From contig JBITNC010000001.1 of NCBI GenBank assembly GCA_050084985.1, positions 155,558,001-155,622,000 of the forward strand: a stretch of DNA of 64,000 bases, read 5' to 3'. The first letter of the stretch is position 1; each line of letters opens with the position of its first letter. The notes beneath the pieces were generated by a model. The model was not told the DNA's origin. It made no database searches and saw only the letters and a list, made by a program, of their open reading frames with translations. Origin of the DNA: Nageia nagi (Eukaryota; Plantae; Pinophyta). Position numbers and translations under genes: made by a program. Below are positions 27,808 to 40,699 of the stretch, one piece after another.

Positions 27808-30113
27808 TTAAGCAATTACTTTGCATACTTGGGGAGATTTTTCCACCCAAATACACTTTGTAGAAGCATGGAAAAAAAGAGGCACCTTTACTTTAACTGA
27901 TTCCACACTATTGGTACCATGCAAATAGTGGTGTAAGCTGCTAGCGACATTTATTTTGGCTCCATTCCTAATCCCATTTGATGAAACATGTTTATATCCA
28001 TGATTATGAGCAAAATAATGATGCAACTCATTAGAAACACTTACCTTACTAATGCAACCTCTTGGTTGTGAAGAAGGTAGGGGATTACTAAAAACCCCTA
28101 ACTGTTCATTGTTAGGATATACAGGTCCAATATTTTTAGTAGCCTTATCATCCATTTTAATAGCCCCTTTATCAATGAAATCCTATATGATATGCCTAAG
28201 ATTCCTATAATTGCATGTTATATGTCTAGGTACCCTATGATAATTACAAAATTATTCATATCAAAAAATGCTTAGGCACACCATTAGGAAACTTAGCTCA
28301 ATAATGAGAGTTAACTCAATAAGATCTTCTATTAACAAAACATTAAGAATATTGTTAATAGTATTAGTCAAAGGTTTAAAATTTTGCCTAGGTTTAGAGC
28401 TAGTTTTGTGCTTATGAGAAACATTATTTACCTCTGTCCTATTGGTATTCTCAGTGATTGGTTTCTAATTTTGAGCATTGTCATTGTTCCTCATAGCATA
28501 TAATTTTTTGATACATGGCTCTTTGTTGATAACAATGTATATCATATCTCCTAGTCTCATATCATGATTAGAGATAATAAATAATTTATATATGGGTAAT
28601 AGACCATTTGCAAAGGCATCTTTCAGATCTTGTTCAAGCATAGTTATTCTATTAGCCATTTATTTCCATACTTATGCAAATTTCTTGATAGATTGATTAG
28701 GTAATTGCTAAATTTTGGATAAATCCTTGAAATAAACATTCTCAACAATATTGTACCTAAAATTTTGTAAAAATAAGTGAATCAAATCCTCATACTTGTC
28801 AACACTTTTCTCAAGAAGCTGAAAATACCACTTTAGTGCATCATCCTTCAAACTATGGGAAAATAAGTTAGGTAACAAATCTGGATCATTTATGTATTCT
28901 ATAGCTTCTTCTTGGAATTTTCTAACATGCATCTTAGGATATTGCAAACCATCAAACTTAGTAAATTTAATACTCTTTTTCCTAGTGAGGACCTTAGCAG
29001 TAATTCCATCAGTTAAGGGTCTCTTGAGACAAGATAAGAAATCATCCTCATCAACCATAGCATTTTTAGGTGCCATATTTATTATATTGGTTGAGTTACT
29101 TTTTGGGGATGGTGAAGGGGTTTGAGGGGGATTTTGTGTCTTCTTAAGTTTAGCCTTGTTTAAGGCAACAAATTGACCTATTCGATTAACCCTTTCATGC
29201 TCTAGTTTATCGAGTATTTTAGCTAGGACCTCTAAATATTTCTGTGGGGGTTCTTTGTTCCAACTAGCAGTATCTTGAACTTCAAGAAGGATACTAGTTT
29301 TGATATGACATTATTCTAATGTCCAATTAGGTTGTAATTTGTAAGTGCCATTAATCATTTTATCAAGATGTTGGTTGATAAGAGTTTTAGGATATTCTTC
29401 TTGCATAATATTCTTATCTTTAGAATTTGTACCTTTTTTAAAAGAAATTAGGCTTAAAGAGGAGGTAGATATAATCTTCATCATCTTCATCTTAAGCATC
29501 ATCCATGGAATTTTCATCATAATGATTTTCATCAAGGGGTTGTGTGCCCTCTTTGTTTATCTTAGGATTAAGACCTACATCATCTATGTTCACATCATTA
29601 ATGCTATGGTCATAGTTTGGCATGCCACTAGCATCATCCTCTTTGTGATTAGACACCTTCCATTTTTATGTTCCTACAAATTCATAAGAAAATAGGCTAT
29701 CCTTTGAATCTATAGCCATAGAATGCTCTTTGATTAATTCATAGTTAGTCAAAATATTAGTCACAAGAAGAGAATTATTTATAAGATAAGATTCCAATTT
29801 TTTCCTTTTAGATAACTCTTCTTGAATAGACCTAGTATAACAAGGGATTCTATCTAGTTTCAAAATTATCAGAAGGGTTAGATTGATTTTCCATGTTCTC
29901 AAATTTGAAAGGATCAATGGTAGCATAACTTTGAGGAGTTTCACTAATAATATCAATTTTCTTGCTAGAATGTGAGGATTCAGTGTCACTATGAGCATCA
30001 GGAAGGGGTTTGTGGATAGGTAAGTTAGGATTATGCCAAACAATTCTCCTAAGCTCACTAAAGTGGACTTTCAACCTCTAGGATACTTTAGGGTTTTCTA
30101 TATTAAGGTCCAT
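27808..30113 (-). pseudogene. gag: gag, degenerate; not followed by pol
   Basis: KFDGLQYPKMHVRKFQEEA..LFSHSLKDDALKWYFQL (ORF 28708-29076); knuckle FCNYHRVPRHITCNY..II*DFIDKG (~28170-28250); NEQLGVFSNPLP. Confidence 0.85.
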
Positions 30114-30261
30114 TTTTGGGATATAGGTAGAATGAACCCTAGTTTTATCATTCTCTTCAGATACTATTCGAAGAGCTTCATCTAAAGGAATGAATAATAG
30201 CAAAAAATAGATTCACAAATTTCAAAGAAAGTACCCTAGATGAAGACCTAGGTTTGTAAGA

Positions 30262-30276
30262 ATATCAAGTTCACTA
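30262..30276 (-). promoter_or_regulatory. Decayed PBS, probably tRNA-Trp
   Basis: Minus strand TAGTGAACTTGATAT versus the expected TGGTGAACCCGACGT. All differences are C>T or G>A. Confidence 0.6.
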
Positions 30277-30279
30277 AAA

Positions 30280-30923
30280 TGTAGACCCAAAATAAATGTA
30301 TAACATAATAAAATAAATTAAATGCATTTATTTAGATTACAAAGTTTTTTGACATATATATCAAAGATATGGAAATAATGGCATAGATGTATATTTTATC
30401 CCAAATATATTTTTATTAGATTAAAAAAATCATACATTAAACATGAGCATACATTTATTTATTTATATACCATTAATACATCACCTAAAAGAGGCAAAAT
30501 TGTGAATGCAACAAAATATATGAAGATGTTCGAATGAAAGATTCATCAAATAATGAATATGTAATAAATTTCATAAATGATATTCACATGTTTCAGATAT
30601 GAGATGATATTCTCTAGGGTCTCCCTTATATCTTCCTCTTCATTCTCTTAACATTGTCTTTGATTTGTAAATCTTTTCATGGTTTCTGTAACCTCGTATA
30701 ACCTCTTGATATCCTTCAATGATCTCCCCCTTTTGTAGGCTACCTTTAATGTCTTTATATAGGAACATCTCTATTATAAGATTTTGACCCCTTGTACATA
30801 ATACAATGGTCCATTACATTAATTACATAGTTTTGGGTATTATTTTAGCCCCTTTTTACATTATACATCATTAATGCTCTAACATGAATTATTTAATTAA
30901 TAATTCATTTTTAGACATCTACA
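30280..30923 (-). repeat. 5' LTR
   Basis: Direct repeat of 21631-22306. Flanked by the PBS and TSD. Confidence 0.92.
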
Positions 30924-31039
30924 CTAGGTATCAAAGCAAGAGCACATCCATCCCTCATTTTATCATAAGATGAACTCTAGAAAAAACATGGTACAAAATT
31001 GTTCCTCCTCCCTCCTTACCATTTTTGGGAGCATACACA

Positions 31040-31059
31040 TAGTGATGATCATGGTGGGA
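31040..31059 (+). promoter_or_regulatory. Decayed PBS, possibly tRNA-Arg
   Basis: TAGTGATGATCATGGTGGGA directly after the LTR end ...GCATACACA resembles TGGCGACCACAGTGGGA with transitions and a 3-nt insertion. Confidence 0.4.
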
Positions 31060-32419
31060 TGTCCCTTGTTCCATATAACATCAACTTGAAGGAGTTTTCT
31101 AAACCTTTCTCTTTTGTTTAGTGTTAATTTTTCACTTTTTTTCTCACTTTTTTTGTATAGTTTTGAGTACTAAAACTTGATTTATATTTAAATAAATCAT
31201 CTTAAACATGCTCAAAATTTAATTTTGAAGACTTAGGATCCCAACTCTTTGAATATTGCTAGTTAATCATGATCAAACTGATTCTCAAAGGGTAGCTGAT
31301 CATCAATAGAACAATTTTTCTTATATTTGTTCATCATTTATCTGATCTATAGTATATTATTTCATCTCTATCAACTAGACCTATTTATTCTATTTAGTTT
31401 TATCTTAGGGTATTAAGTTATTTTTAGCTAGGTTTAGATAATTTTTTATCATCTTGTTAATAGTTCCATCTCTATAACTAGGTGTTAGTAGTCCCTTTAT
31501 AATATTTTTGAATGAGGGTTATAAAAATATTATTTTATTTTAGCATTTTATACTTTATTTTAAAAAAATATTTGGGTACTACTATAAACTAGCTAGCTGG
31601 CTAGTTGATTGATCCATTAATTAGTAGTACTAACTAGTTTGTGATGTACTGGTTAGGATTAAAGCTTGTAGAATAGGTATTGTACATGTTATGAGCTTAA
31701 AGAAAGATCCCTCTAGGCCTATATCCCTCCTTTATCATGCTTTAGGTTAGATTTTCTTGCTATTTTCATCCTAGGTCTTTATTTTTATTTTTTCATTAGT
31801 GAAAGAAAGAAAAAATTTCATCCTTGGATGGGAGTGCCTTATCATATCTTGTGAAGGGTGTAATTGTATTTTGCATCCATATAGTTGCATAATATTTGGA
31901 CAATTGACCTTGCACCTTTAATCACATGAGCCTAGGATTTTGCTAGGGATGTGAATTTCACCACCATGATGTCATGCACACTTGAAGGTCATTACCAAGG
32001 TGGGGTACTTGAGCTATTAAATGTTTCACACCCCTAGAGATTGAGCCTTCACCCAAAAATACTTTATTAGATCAATAATTAGACAAAATAATCAAGATAT
32101 CAATTTACCATAAAATCAATCGATATTAATCAAGATAACCAAATTGAATAAGAAGTGATTAGACAAGATAATCACTATTTCCATCTTAAACATCATCAAA
32201 TCATAATCATATAGGATTGCTATATTTTCATATAGTGTGTTTCTGAATTAACTTTACATCCATTAAATCAAGAGCATAACAAAATTTTTATTCTTAGTTT
32301 TTATTTTCTTATCTTGTTTGGCACCATTGGAAAATTTAGATTTAGCAACAATTTTGTTGTTTCCATTTGTTCCTTGTTAAAATTAATCAATCCTTAGAAA
32401 TTTGATAGTGAACTTCATA

Positions 32420-34560
32420 TGAACATGGCAGCAACCCCTAGGCCCAATAAACTAGATCAAGATCAAGAACAACAACAATATCAACCCCTTACATCTACAC
32501 CAACCATATCTTAATCTCATCCTTTATAACCACCCTCCCATCATTCTCATCATTCCACTATACCTATTGGTCCTTAATTTGCTAGTGAAATCAAATCCCA
32601 TGTCATGTTTTAAAACCTTCCTTGAGCCATCAAATATTGATTCATGGATGATCCCATCATTCAAGAGACTTTGGATATGCTTTTTGAGCAATTTAACCCT
32701 CAATAACATAAAAAAAAAAAACATGCCACCATATTCAAAATATGATTTATCATTATGATTTTCATATCATGATCCATAACCGTTTTTTTCAACACATCAC
32801 CACTTGTTGCAACAACCCAAATCACATCTCATACTTTGAAACAAATGGTCTCACCACATGACTTAACCACATCCTTATCAACAAGTGTTACTCCTTTTGT
32901 ATCAAGTGCACAACACATAACACTAATCATGGATCAACATCTCATCATCACATTCAACAAGATAGGCCTCCTAGTCCACCAAAATATCTTATTGTGTAAT
33001 CAAATCCTTTGATCACACAAATATAACTTGCATCACATGGTTTATGGTTACATAATAATCTTCCTCCCTTGAGAGTTCCATATCAAAATCAAAACCAATC
33101 AACATAAGTTACCAATGTTGGTCAAATCAATACTTTCTATAAAGTAAACTATCAAAATCTAAACCAAATCCAATGCAACTTTAAATAAATGGGCTCTGAA
33201 GGTAACATGAAATGCATTTATTAGAATGGGATCCAAGATCCACCCTTTCAACATGTGAATCAACCATCATATAAAAGTTTAAGGATACATAAATCACATG
33301 GCCCATCCACCTGATCAAATTCAATTTGTTCCCAATATAATATAGAACCAACCATTGGGACAAAGCATGCAACAAGGATATTAACAACCAACATATAAAG
33401 TACAAAGTATGGTAACCCAACAACATCCAATAATTCATGATAATATCTTGAAGATATTGCAAGATATGGAATCGAGGATCAATAATCAAAGGAAAATCAA
33501 CTTATATTATTAATCATTTTTCAATGAAACTATCAACCACATGGTTCCAATGAAGCAATTTCCCTACAAGTTTGAAGTTCCTCAAATGGTAAAGTTTAAA
33601 GGTAAGGAAGATCCAAGAGAGCACTTGAGCTAATTCAAGTATTCCAACTATATTATAAGAAATGATGATTTTCTCATGCATAGGATATTTCTAATAACAT
33701 TAGTGGGAAAAGATTTGTATTGGTACAACAACTTGCCCTAACATATCATTTATTCTTTTGAAAAACTAGCCAATCTCCTCTTAAACCATTTTTCCATCAA
33801 CATAATTATAGACTTAACAAGAATATCACAATATGATGATGAGTATATTAATTATTATGTGTCAATATGGAGAGCTATCATAATCAATTTGTTGTATTCC
33901 TTTCCATAAGAAGAGATTATAAATATTTTTAGCAAGAGTTGCAACAAGAAAATATACTCTATCTTGCAAATACAATAACGTAAATCTTTTAAGGAAGAAT
34001 TGTCACAAGCAAAGCTCATTGAGGAGGTCAAGATCCAATTGTGTGATATCAAAAAGGTGTAATGGAAATTATCAAGCATATCAAAATTAATCATCAAGTC
34101 AACCATCATACAAAGTAAACTAAGAAAATATAGGAGCTCCTCAACCTATCATACATGAGCAAGAGCAATTCAACAACCAAAGAAAAAATAAGAAATTTTA
34201 CTCCTTTGAGGGAGCCTTTATCAAATATCCTACCCAAGTTATTACAAGAAAATATTTTGATATTACTCCCAATCAAAGAAAATCCATGAGCATAAATAAG
34301 ACCTTGGTATAAAGAAAATGAATTTTGTGAGTAGCATAGGCAAAGTGGACTTAACACCAATGGGTGCATGTGATTTAAGCATGAGATCGAAGATCTTATT
34401 GATAATGGTCAAGTATCAATAGGAGCACTAATCATACCACATAATTAATATTTGAGAATTTTAAATTACCCTTTTCTTGATCATGATCAAGGAGAATCAT
34501 CGATAATATATGCTCATGATTATCATAAGTTTGGACCCCCATATTATTGTAACAACCTTA
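32420..34560 (+). pseudogene. gag: gag, degenerate; not followed by pol
   Basis: KFEVPQMVKFKGKEDPREHL..IFLITLVGKDLYWYNNLP (~33570-33740), RNFTPLREPLSNIL, WYKENEFCE*HRQSGLNTNGCM*FKHEIEDLIDNG. Closely resembles the gag at 16-17 kb. Confidence 0.85.
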
Positions 34561-35699
34561 TTAGATGAACCATTAAATACAAACACTATCCTTGACTTGC
34601 TATCATCATCAATTATCTTGAGTGCTATTATATATTTTCATCTAAACATCATCACTTGAGCATTAGTCATCAAGTATGAAGCATAATCTTAACATATTGG
34701 AAGTCAACACTAGAGCCTATTCCTCCTTTACGATCATTTAGTACTGGAGACTTTGTGGTATGACAACAATCACTTATATACCTCCATAAAAATGGCTTAT
34801 CTTTGTCCTCACTTATCAATAACACTAGCATTATCTATTCATCATGTGATATGTATCCTTATCACATTATCATATCATCATTATCATGCCATCTTTATAT
34901 CATGATCTATCATATCATCATTGTCATCATAGCCATCATCATTAGCATTATCCTCATCATTATCATTGTCATTTCCTCATCAATATCTTTGGACACTTTC
35001 ATCAAGTGTTCCTCTCATATTAGAATCATAATCATATCATCATAGGTACATATCTTTGAGGTTTATTCAAATCTTCATCATTATCACTTCTCATTGGCCT
35101 CATTTCTGATAAGGATATAACCACATGGGTCAAAATCATATAATTGGGTTGCCTTATACCACTCCTTTGGGAGTGATCATATATTGTTGACTATCATGAT
35201 TTCTAAGAGAAACATAGTCTTATGAAACAAGTGATAATGAATTTGAGATGGATGAATATCTTCACTCACACTTTGTCATTATTAGTTACTAATAAACAAA
35301 CATCATTTTATCAAGATCAAACATTAAGTAAAATCATATAAGATCAAGATAATTTATTTTCTATCAAATAGTTCATCAAAGAAAAATCAAGAAAATTATT
35401 TATTTATAAAACTAAATCTTTGAGCATATATCATATCAAGCAAGCATATCTTGGCATATCAATCATGGTCAAATTGAGAATCAATATCATATCATGAGTT
35501 TTTGAGCATATCAATATGAGTGATAATTGAGCACTTATCAATGAATTGATGATGTTTTGTTTACATCACCTTATTTTCTATGGTATGAGAATTTATATAT
35601 CAACTATCTTAAGTCTTACTCAATACCACATTGATGTCCTAGCATATCAACAACATATCATACATTGTGGATTTTAACACTATCACTTGAGTATTATCA

Positions 35700-36212
35700 T
35701 CTTTGCTTTCCATTTACCATGGGGCAAAAACATCATTTGAATAAAGCTCCTTCCTTTCCTTCCATTCAACATGGGGTAAGGTTTATCATAATCATTTCTC
35801 CTTTACTTTCCATTTAGCATGGGGCAAAGGTATCATTTAAGCACTTTCCTTATTGCTTTTTGTTCAACATGGGGCAAGATTTATCATTGTCTTTCCTTTG
35901 ATTTTCATTCAATATAGGAAAGGTCATCCATTTTTTGTCTTTACTTTCCATTCAACATGGGGCAAAGTTATTGTTATATTTCTTTATTTTCATTGAGCAT
36001 GGGGTAAGATTGAGCACTATTTTTTCCTTTGCTTTCCATTCAACATGGGGAAAATATGTCTTGAGCATTATCATCTTGGTTTTTGCTTTAATTTCTATTC
36101 ATCATGGGGGAAATTTATCCTTAGAATACCTTACCTTCTATTCAATATAGGGAAATAACATAATTTATCACCTATAATAAGGTCATTGCTACCATTATTT
36201 TTGCTTTGCCTT
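35700..36212. repeat. 3'-UTR tandem array, ~45-55-bp units with core TTTCCATTCAACATGGGG
   Basis: About ten copies. The array resumes at 44871 after the hAT insertion. A second copy lies at 54670-55330. Confidence 0.9.
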
Positions 36213-36471
36213 TAGCAAAACTTTTAAGGGATAAATTGAAAAATCATGGCTATACTTATTGATTTTTTATTTTCATTTTGACTAATACAACACATGGTGG
36301 GTCCTTTCTTAATGCCAAAATTTTATAAAAAGATTTAAATTTGTACACCTTGTAGCCAACAATTATACACATATTTTAATATATTGACATTTTCTAAACC
36401 TATTTTAGGTCCTTCTCCTTCAAGTTGTAGAAATAAAATATAATTCTGTCCAACTCACCAGTTATATGTTA

Positions 36472-36509
<38 letters not shown>

Positions 36510-36542
36510 GTATGCATGTATATGTACACACACACACACATA
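36472..36542. repeat. Compound microsatellite (TA)n(TATG)n(CA)n
   Basis: Direct reading. Confidence 0.95.
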
Positions 36543-36639
36543 TCCATCTCTCCTTTGATACCACCACATCATAAAGGAGAAAGTTAAGAAAATTGTATTT
36601 GCACTCATTTTGTGATTATGCAATCCAATAAAGTATCTT

Positions 36640-37350
36640 TTGCAATTGGACTAAAATCTTATAGTTACGACCAAATCTTAAAATAAATCTTGTAACTAGT
36701 TCAGAACCTCCTCTCTGCAATTGACTCATAACCTTAATCTTGTAACTAGCTCACAACCTAAATCTTGCAAACAATTCAAAACCTCCTCTCTGTAATCAGT
36801 TTAGAACTTGAACCTCCTCTTTATAACCAAATCAAAACCTTAATTTCACAATTGGGTCAGAACCAAGGAACATCCTCTTTGTAACTAGACTTAGAATCTT
36901 CTCTCTAAAGTTGGGCTAAAAACTGAACTTCCTTTCTATAATTGGGTTGGAACTTATTTTTTGCAACTAGGATAGTAACTCCTTTATATAATAAAATCAT
37001 AACCTAATTTCTATAATTAGGTCAAAACCTTCATTTCACAATTGGGTCTTATTCTTGTAAACAACCTAGAGTATCCTTTTTGTAACTAGGTTAGAACCTC
37101 CTTTCTGTAATCGATTTGGAATCTCCTTTCTACAACTAAGCTAGAACCTCCTTTCTATAGACAAATTGATACCTCTTATCTATAGTTGAACTAATATCTC
37201 TTCTTTTTAGTTAACTTGATATCTATTCTCTATAATTGACATAGTACCTACATTCTTAAGCTGGTTTGGTACCTTAGTTCTATATAACCAATTTGGTACC
37301 TCCATTTTGTAATTGATTTGTTACCTATATTCTTTATTTCTACAACTAAG
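36640..37350. repeat. hAT subterminal tandem array, ~25-30-bp units (GAACCTCCTYTCTRYAACTRG-like)
   Basis: About 20 degenerate copies upstream of the transposase. Confidence 0.85.
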
Positions 37351-37699
37351 AAACATACACCCATCCTTGATAAAATCTACCCTAGGTATGATATGTTAAG
37401 TTTATCCTCTTATTGCATTGAACTATTAAATTTTAATATTTTTCTTTATGTTAATATAAAAATTATTTTATTTAGATGAAATCTCATCCACTTCTAGCAG
37501 TGATGCAAGGCTTAGTTGTAACAAAGGTGTAACAATATGCTTTTTGATAAAGATAAATAATATTATATCATATTTTAAATAACTAAAAAATAGATGAAAA
37601 ACCAACCCCAGGCTTACTAGGTAGATTCACTTTAAATATATGTGTTCTAAGTTATTTGTAAATTTCATTTTTCAATTTAGATAGTTTTCAATGCATTAA

Positions 37700-40080
37700 A
37701 AGTAAGAATATTTATGTACAAAAAATACACCAGATATGACATCACTTGAAGAAGAAATTTTTGCTGATGAAATGTCAGATGATCTACATCAAAATTTAGT
37801 CTAAATGAACTAAAACCTACTAAGGAAAATAATGATAATAAGATAGGATCTCAAGAACCCATAATTCATAAGAGATATTCCAATTATAAGAGAAAAATTA
37901 AGTGGAATGTAGGTAGAACATTTAAGGATGAATTGGTAGGAGCATATTCTATGTTTGAACCTGTACAATTGAAAAGTAATTTGAAAGAACCAACTAAGTG
38001 CAAAGTGCATATATTGCAGTTGGGAAATAAAAAAAGAACATAGAATGTGACTAAAGAAAGATATAGTTTAGAAACATTATGGGAAAAAATACAACTATGA
38101 AGAAGTATATGGTAAGCAAATAAGAGTTATTAGGCAAAAACATAAAACATAATAACTTCATATTAAATCTCAAAATATGTATGAAAATGAGATGAAAAGA
38201 AAGAAGAAAATATCTAAAAAGGGTGGAATAATAAATCAACATATGGGGAAAGCTAATCAGGCAAATCTAATTGCTAAGACTATTCATTTTTTAACTACAT
38301 TTCAAATGTTGAAAAATGGAAGGCCAACTCATGATATTTCATTATACAAAGAATGTTTTCAATTTTTAGGTGTATAAAATTTTAAATTACTATAATACAA
38401 TTGGTATAAGACTAGTTCTTAGGATATTGCAAATAATATAGCAACTATTGGGAAGCAGGATTTGTAAGAGAAGGTAAGAGATGCAAAATTTATTTCATTA
38501 TCCCTTGATGATGTGATGACTATTGATTATACATATTGGGTTTGCTTACATGTTTATACTTTTCAAGAATAAAAAAATGAGATAGCCTCAATTGCTAGGA
38601 TTAAAAAAATATCACAAAGTTTTAATGCTAAAAATCTATGCAATTTGGTTGTAATTTTTCTAAAGGATATAGAAGGAATCTATAAATATAGCATATCCAC
38701 CAAGTTGATATGTGTAGGGGTTGATGAAACATATATGACATAAGGAAATAAAAATGATCTTTTTGTTAGGCTTCAAACATACTATGCACATTACATGATA
38801 CCAATTCATTGCATGGATCACAGAATGAATATTTCTTACAAAATAGTTAACAATTTTGAAATTATTGTTAAGGTTGAAGAATTGGTTCATGATATACATT
38901 CTTATTTTATCAATATTTGGAAAACATAGAAGGGTTTCAATAGTTTGCATAAGGAGACTAGAGTAATATATGGTAAAAAAATATTAAATGATATTCATAC
39001 TAGATAGATTTCTTTATATCTTCTTACACTTAGAGTATGCAAAGAATATATCTCCTTAAGTGGGTATATGTGGTAGAATCAAACGTAGGTTGATAAAGAA
39101 AAATATTTGCTATACAAGTTAATAAATATTGAAACATTACTCACTTTATGTGGTATTATACCCATGTTGAAGGAAATGCATAATGTGATAAAAATAGATC
39201 AAATAAGAAAATATACTTGTCTAGATAACTTCATGGGTGATATATTTGAACAATAGCAAGTTGTGGTTGATCATCCAAAAAGCTTCTTGAAATTTGATCT
39301 CATGGGTAACCTTTGTATAAGTGTTCATGATAAATTGATTTCAATGCATTGTTATTATAGGAGAGATGATATTTATATCAAGGGTTTAGAAGAAATACCC
39401 TTAACATTATAATTATTTGATCATATTATTTTTGATGTAAGAAGAAAATTGCATAAACTATCAGAAATGATGTCAAGTGAAATAAGAGATTGATTTAGCA
39501 AGGATGACTTGGTGGATTCAATAAGTATCATTCACCCACATCTTTGATCAAAAGATAGTGGTTGTATGAGTTCAATATATAAGAAATATGTAGGTAACCT
39601 TATGAATCATTTTTATCAACATGTTGATATCAACAAACTCAAAATTCTTGGTATTCTAGATAAAAGAAGTTGACTGATCAATCACACCAATTCACTATTT
39701 CTATGTATGAATAATATAACCAATTGAGTGAAATAATAGAAAATGGATCAATAGTAATATTATGGAGTAGATTGTATCCAAGTACAATATTGCAAACACA
39801 AATAAGAAAATATTTTTAATTATATGAATTATATCAAATAATGATTTTAGGATTTATGGAGGATGAATTATTTTTGAATGCATTGGATTATATAAAATCA
39901 AAAGTACGAAACAAATTAGAAAAGAATTTGGAAACATGTTTAAGAATTTATACATCAAAACATAACTTAGATAATTTCTTGTATGGTAAGGATCTTGCTA
40001 TCTAAGATTCAATGGAAAACAAAAGAGGAGCTTCTAGGACTGAAGTTTTTGGAAACACACAAAACATAAAAGTGTAAGTA
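37700..40080 (+). pseudogene. hAT transposase (ZNF862/TTF-zinc-finger type), degenerate
   Basis: FISLSLDDVMTID (~38490, first catalytic D region), IPIHCMDHRMNI (CxxH, ~38800), DIHTR*IS (TRW, ~38990), ILGFMEDELFLNALDYIKSKVRNKL (dimerisation domain, ~39845). Confidence 0.88.
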
Positions 40081-40184
40081 ATTAATAAAGATGACTTCTA
40101 CCAACAAATTATGATAGGGATTATTTTATATTTTCATTTTTGTGAATTTTCAATCATGTTATTCAAATAATTTTTACTATATGC

Positions 40185-40440
40185 AATTGGAACAATTGTG
40201 TTACATTATGCAACCATTCTTGTAACAATTTATTCTACAACTGAATTGATCATAGATAATTATACAACTAAACCAATCACAAATCATTCTACAACTGTCC
40301 TGATCACAAATGACTCTATAACTATCTCATTCACAAATCATATTGCAATCATCCTAATTACATATTATTACTCAACCATCCCAATCATAGATGTTTACAT
40401 AACTATTTTGAACATAATAAATTAGGCAACCGACTTGGAG
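40185..40440. repeat. 27-bp tandem array between the two hAT genes
   Basis: Repeating TTCTACAACTRN..GATCACAAAT units. It generates the spurious Thr/Ile-rich ORF 40198-40425. Confidence 0.8.
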
Positions 40441-40699
40441 ATAATAAATTGTAAAATATAATATTTTACCAATTAACAAACTATAATTAAAAAAATACTA
40501 AAAGATAATTTGAAAATACAAGTACAAGTTAAGATAGTAAGTTATGAAAATACAAATTTTTCTTGTATTAATCTTCATGTCATTTGTTAACAATATATAT
40601 AATGTATAAAGCCAAGATGCCAAATTGATAAATAAAAAACTAGTATCCTTTGACTATCATTGCATATTTGAACAAAGTACAAATAAACTAAATTATCTC

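Larger units (their letters stand above)
21631..30923 (-). mobile_element. Full-length pol-less LTR element (9.3 kb): gag + antisense PMD
   Basis: TSD CTAGG (21626-21630, 30924-30928). LTRs 21631-22306 and 30280-30923 (TG..CA, 5 mismatches in the first 60 bp). PPT at 22307-22322. The empty site is visible at ~54530. Confidence 0.93.

Noticed and set aside
34803-35045. Hydrophobic Ile-rich ORF suggestive of an env/transmembrane protein
   Set aside because: It derives from (ATC)n-like low-complexity sequence in the 3' UTR.
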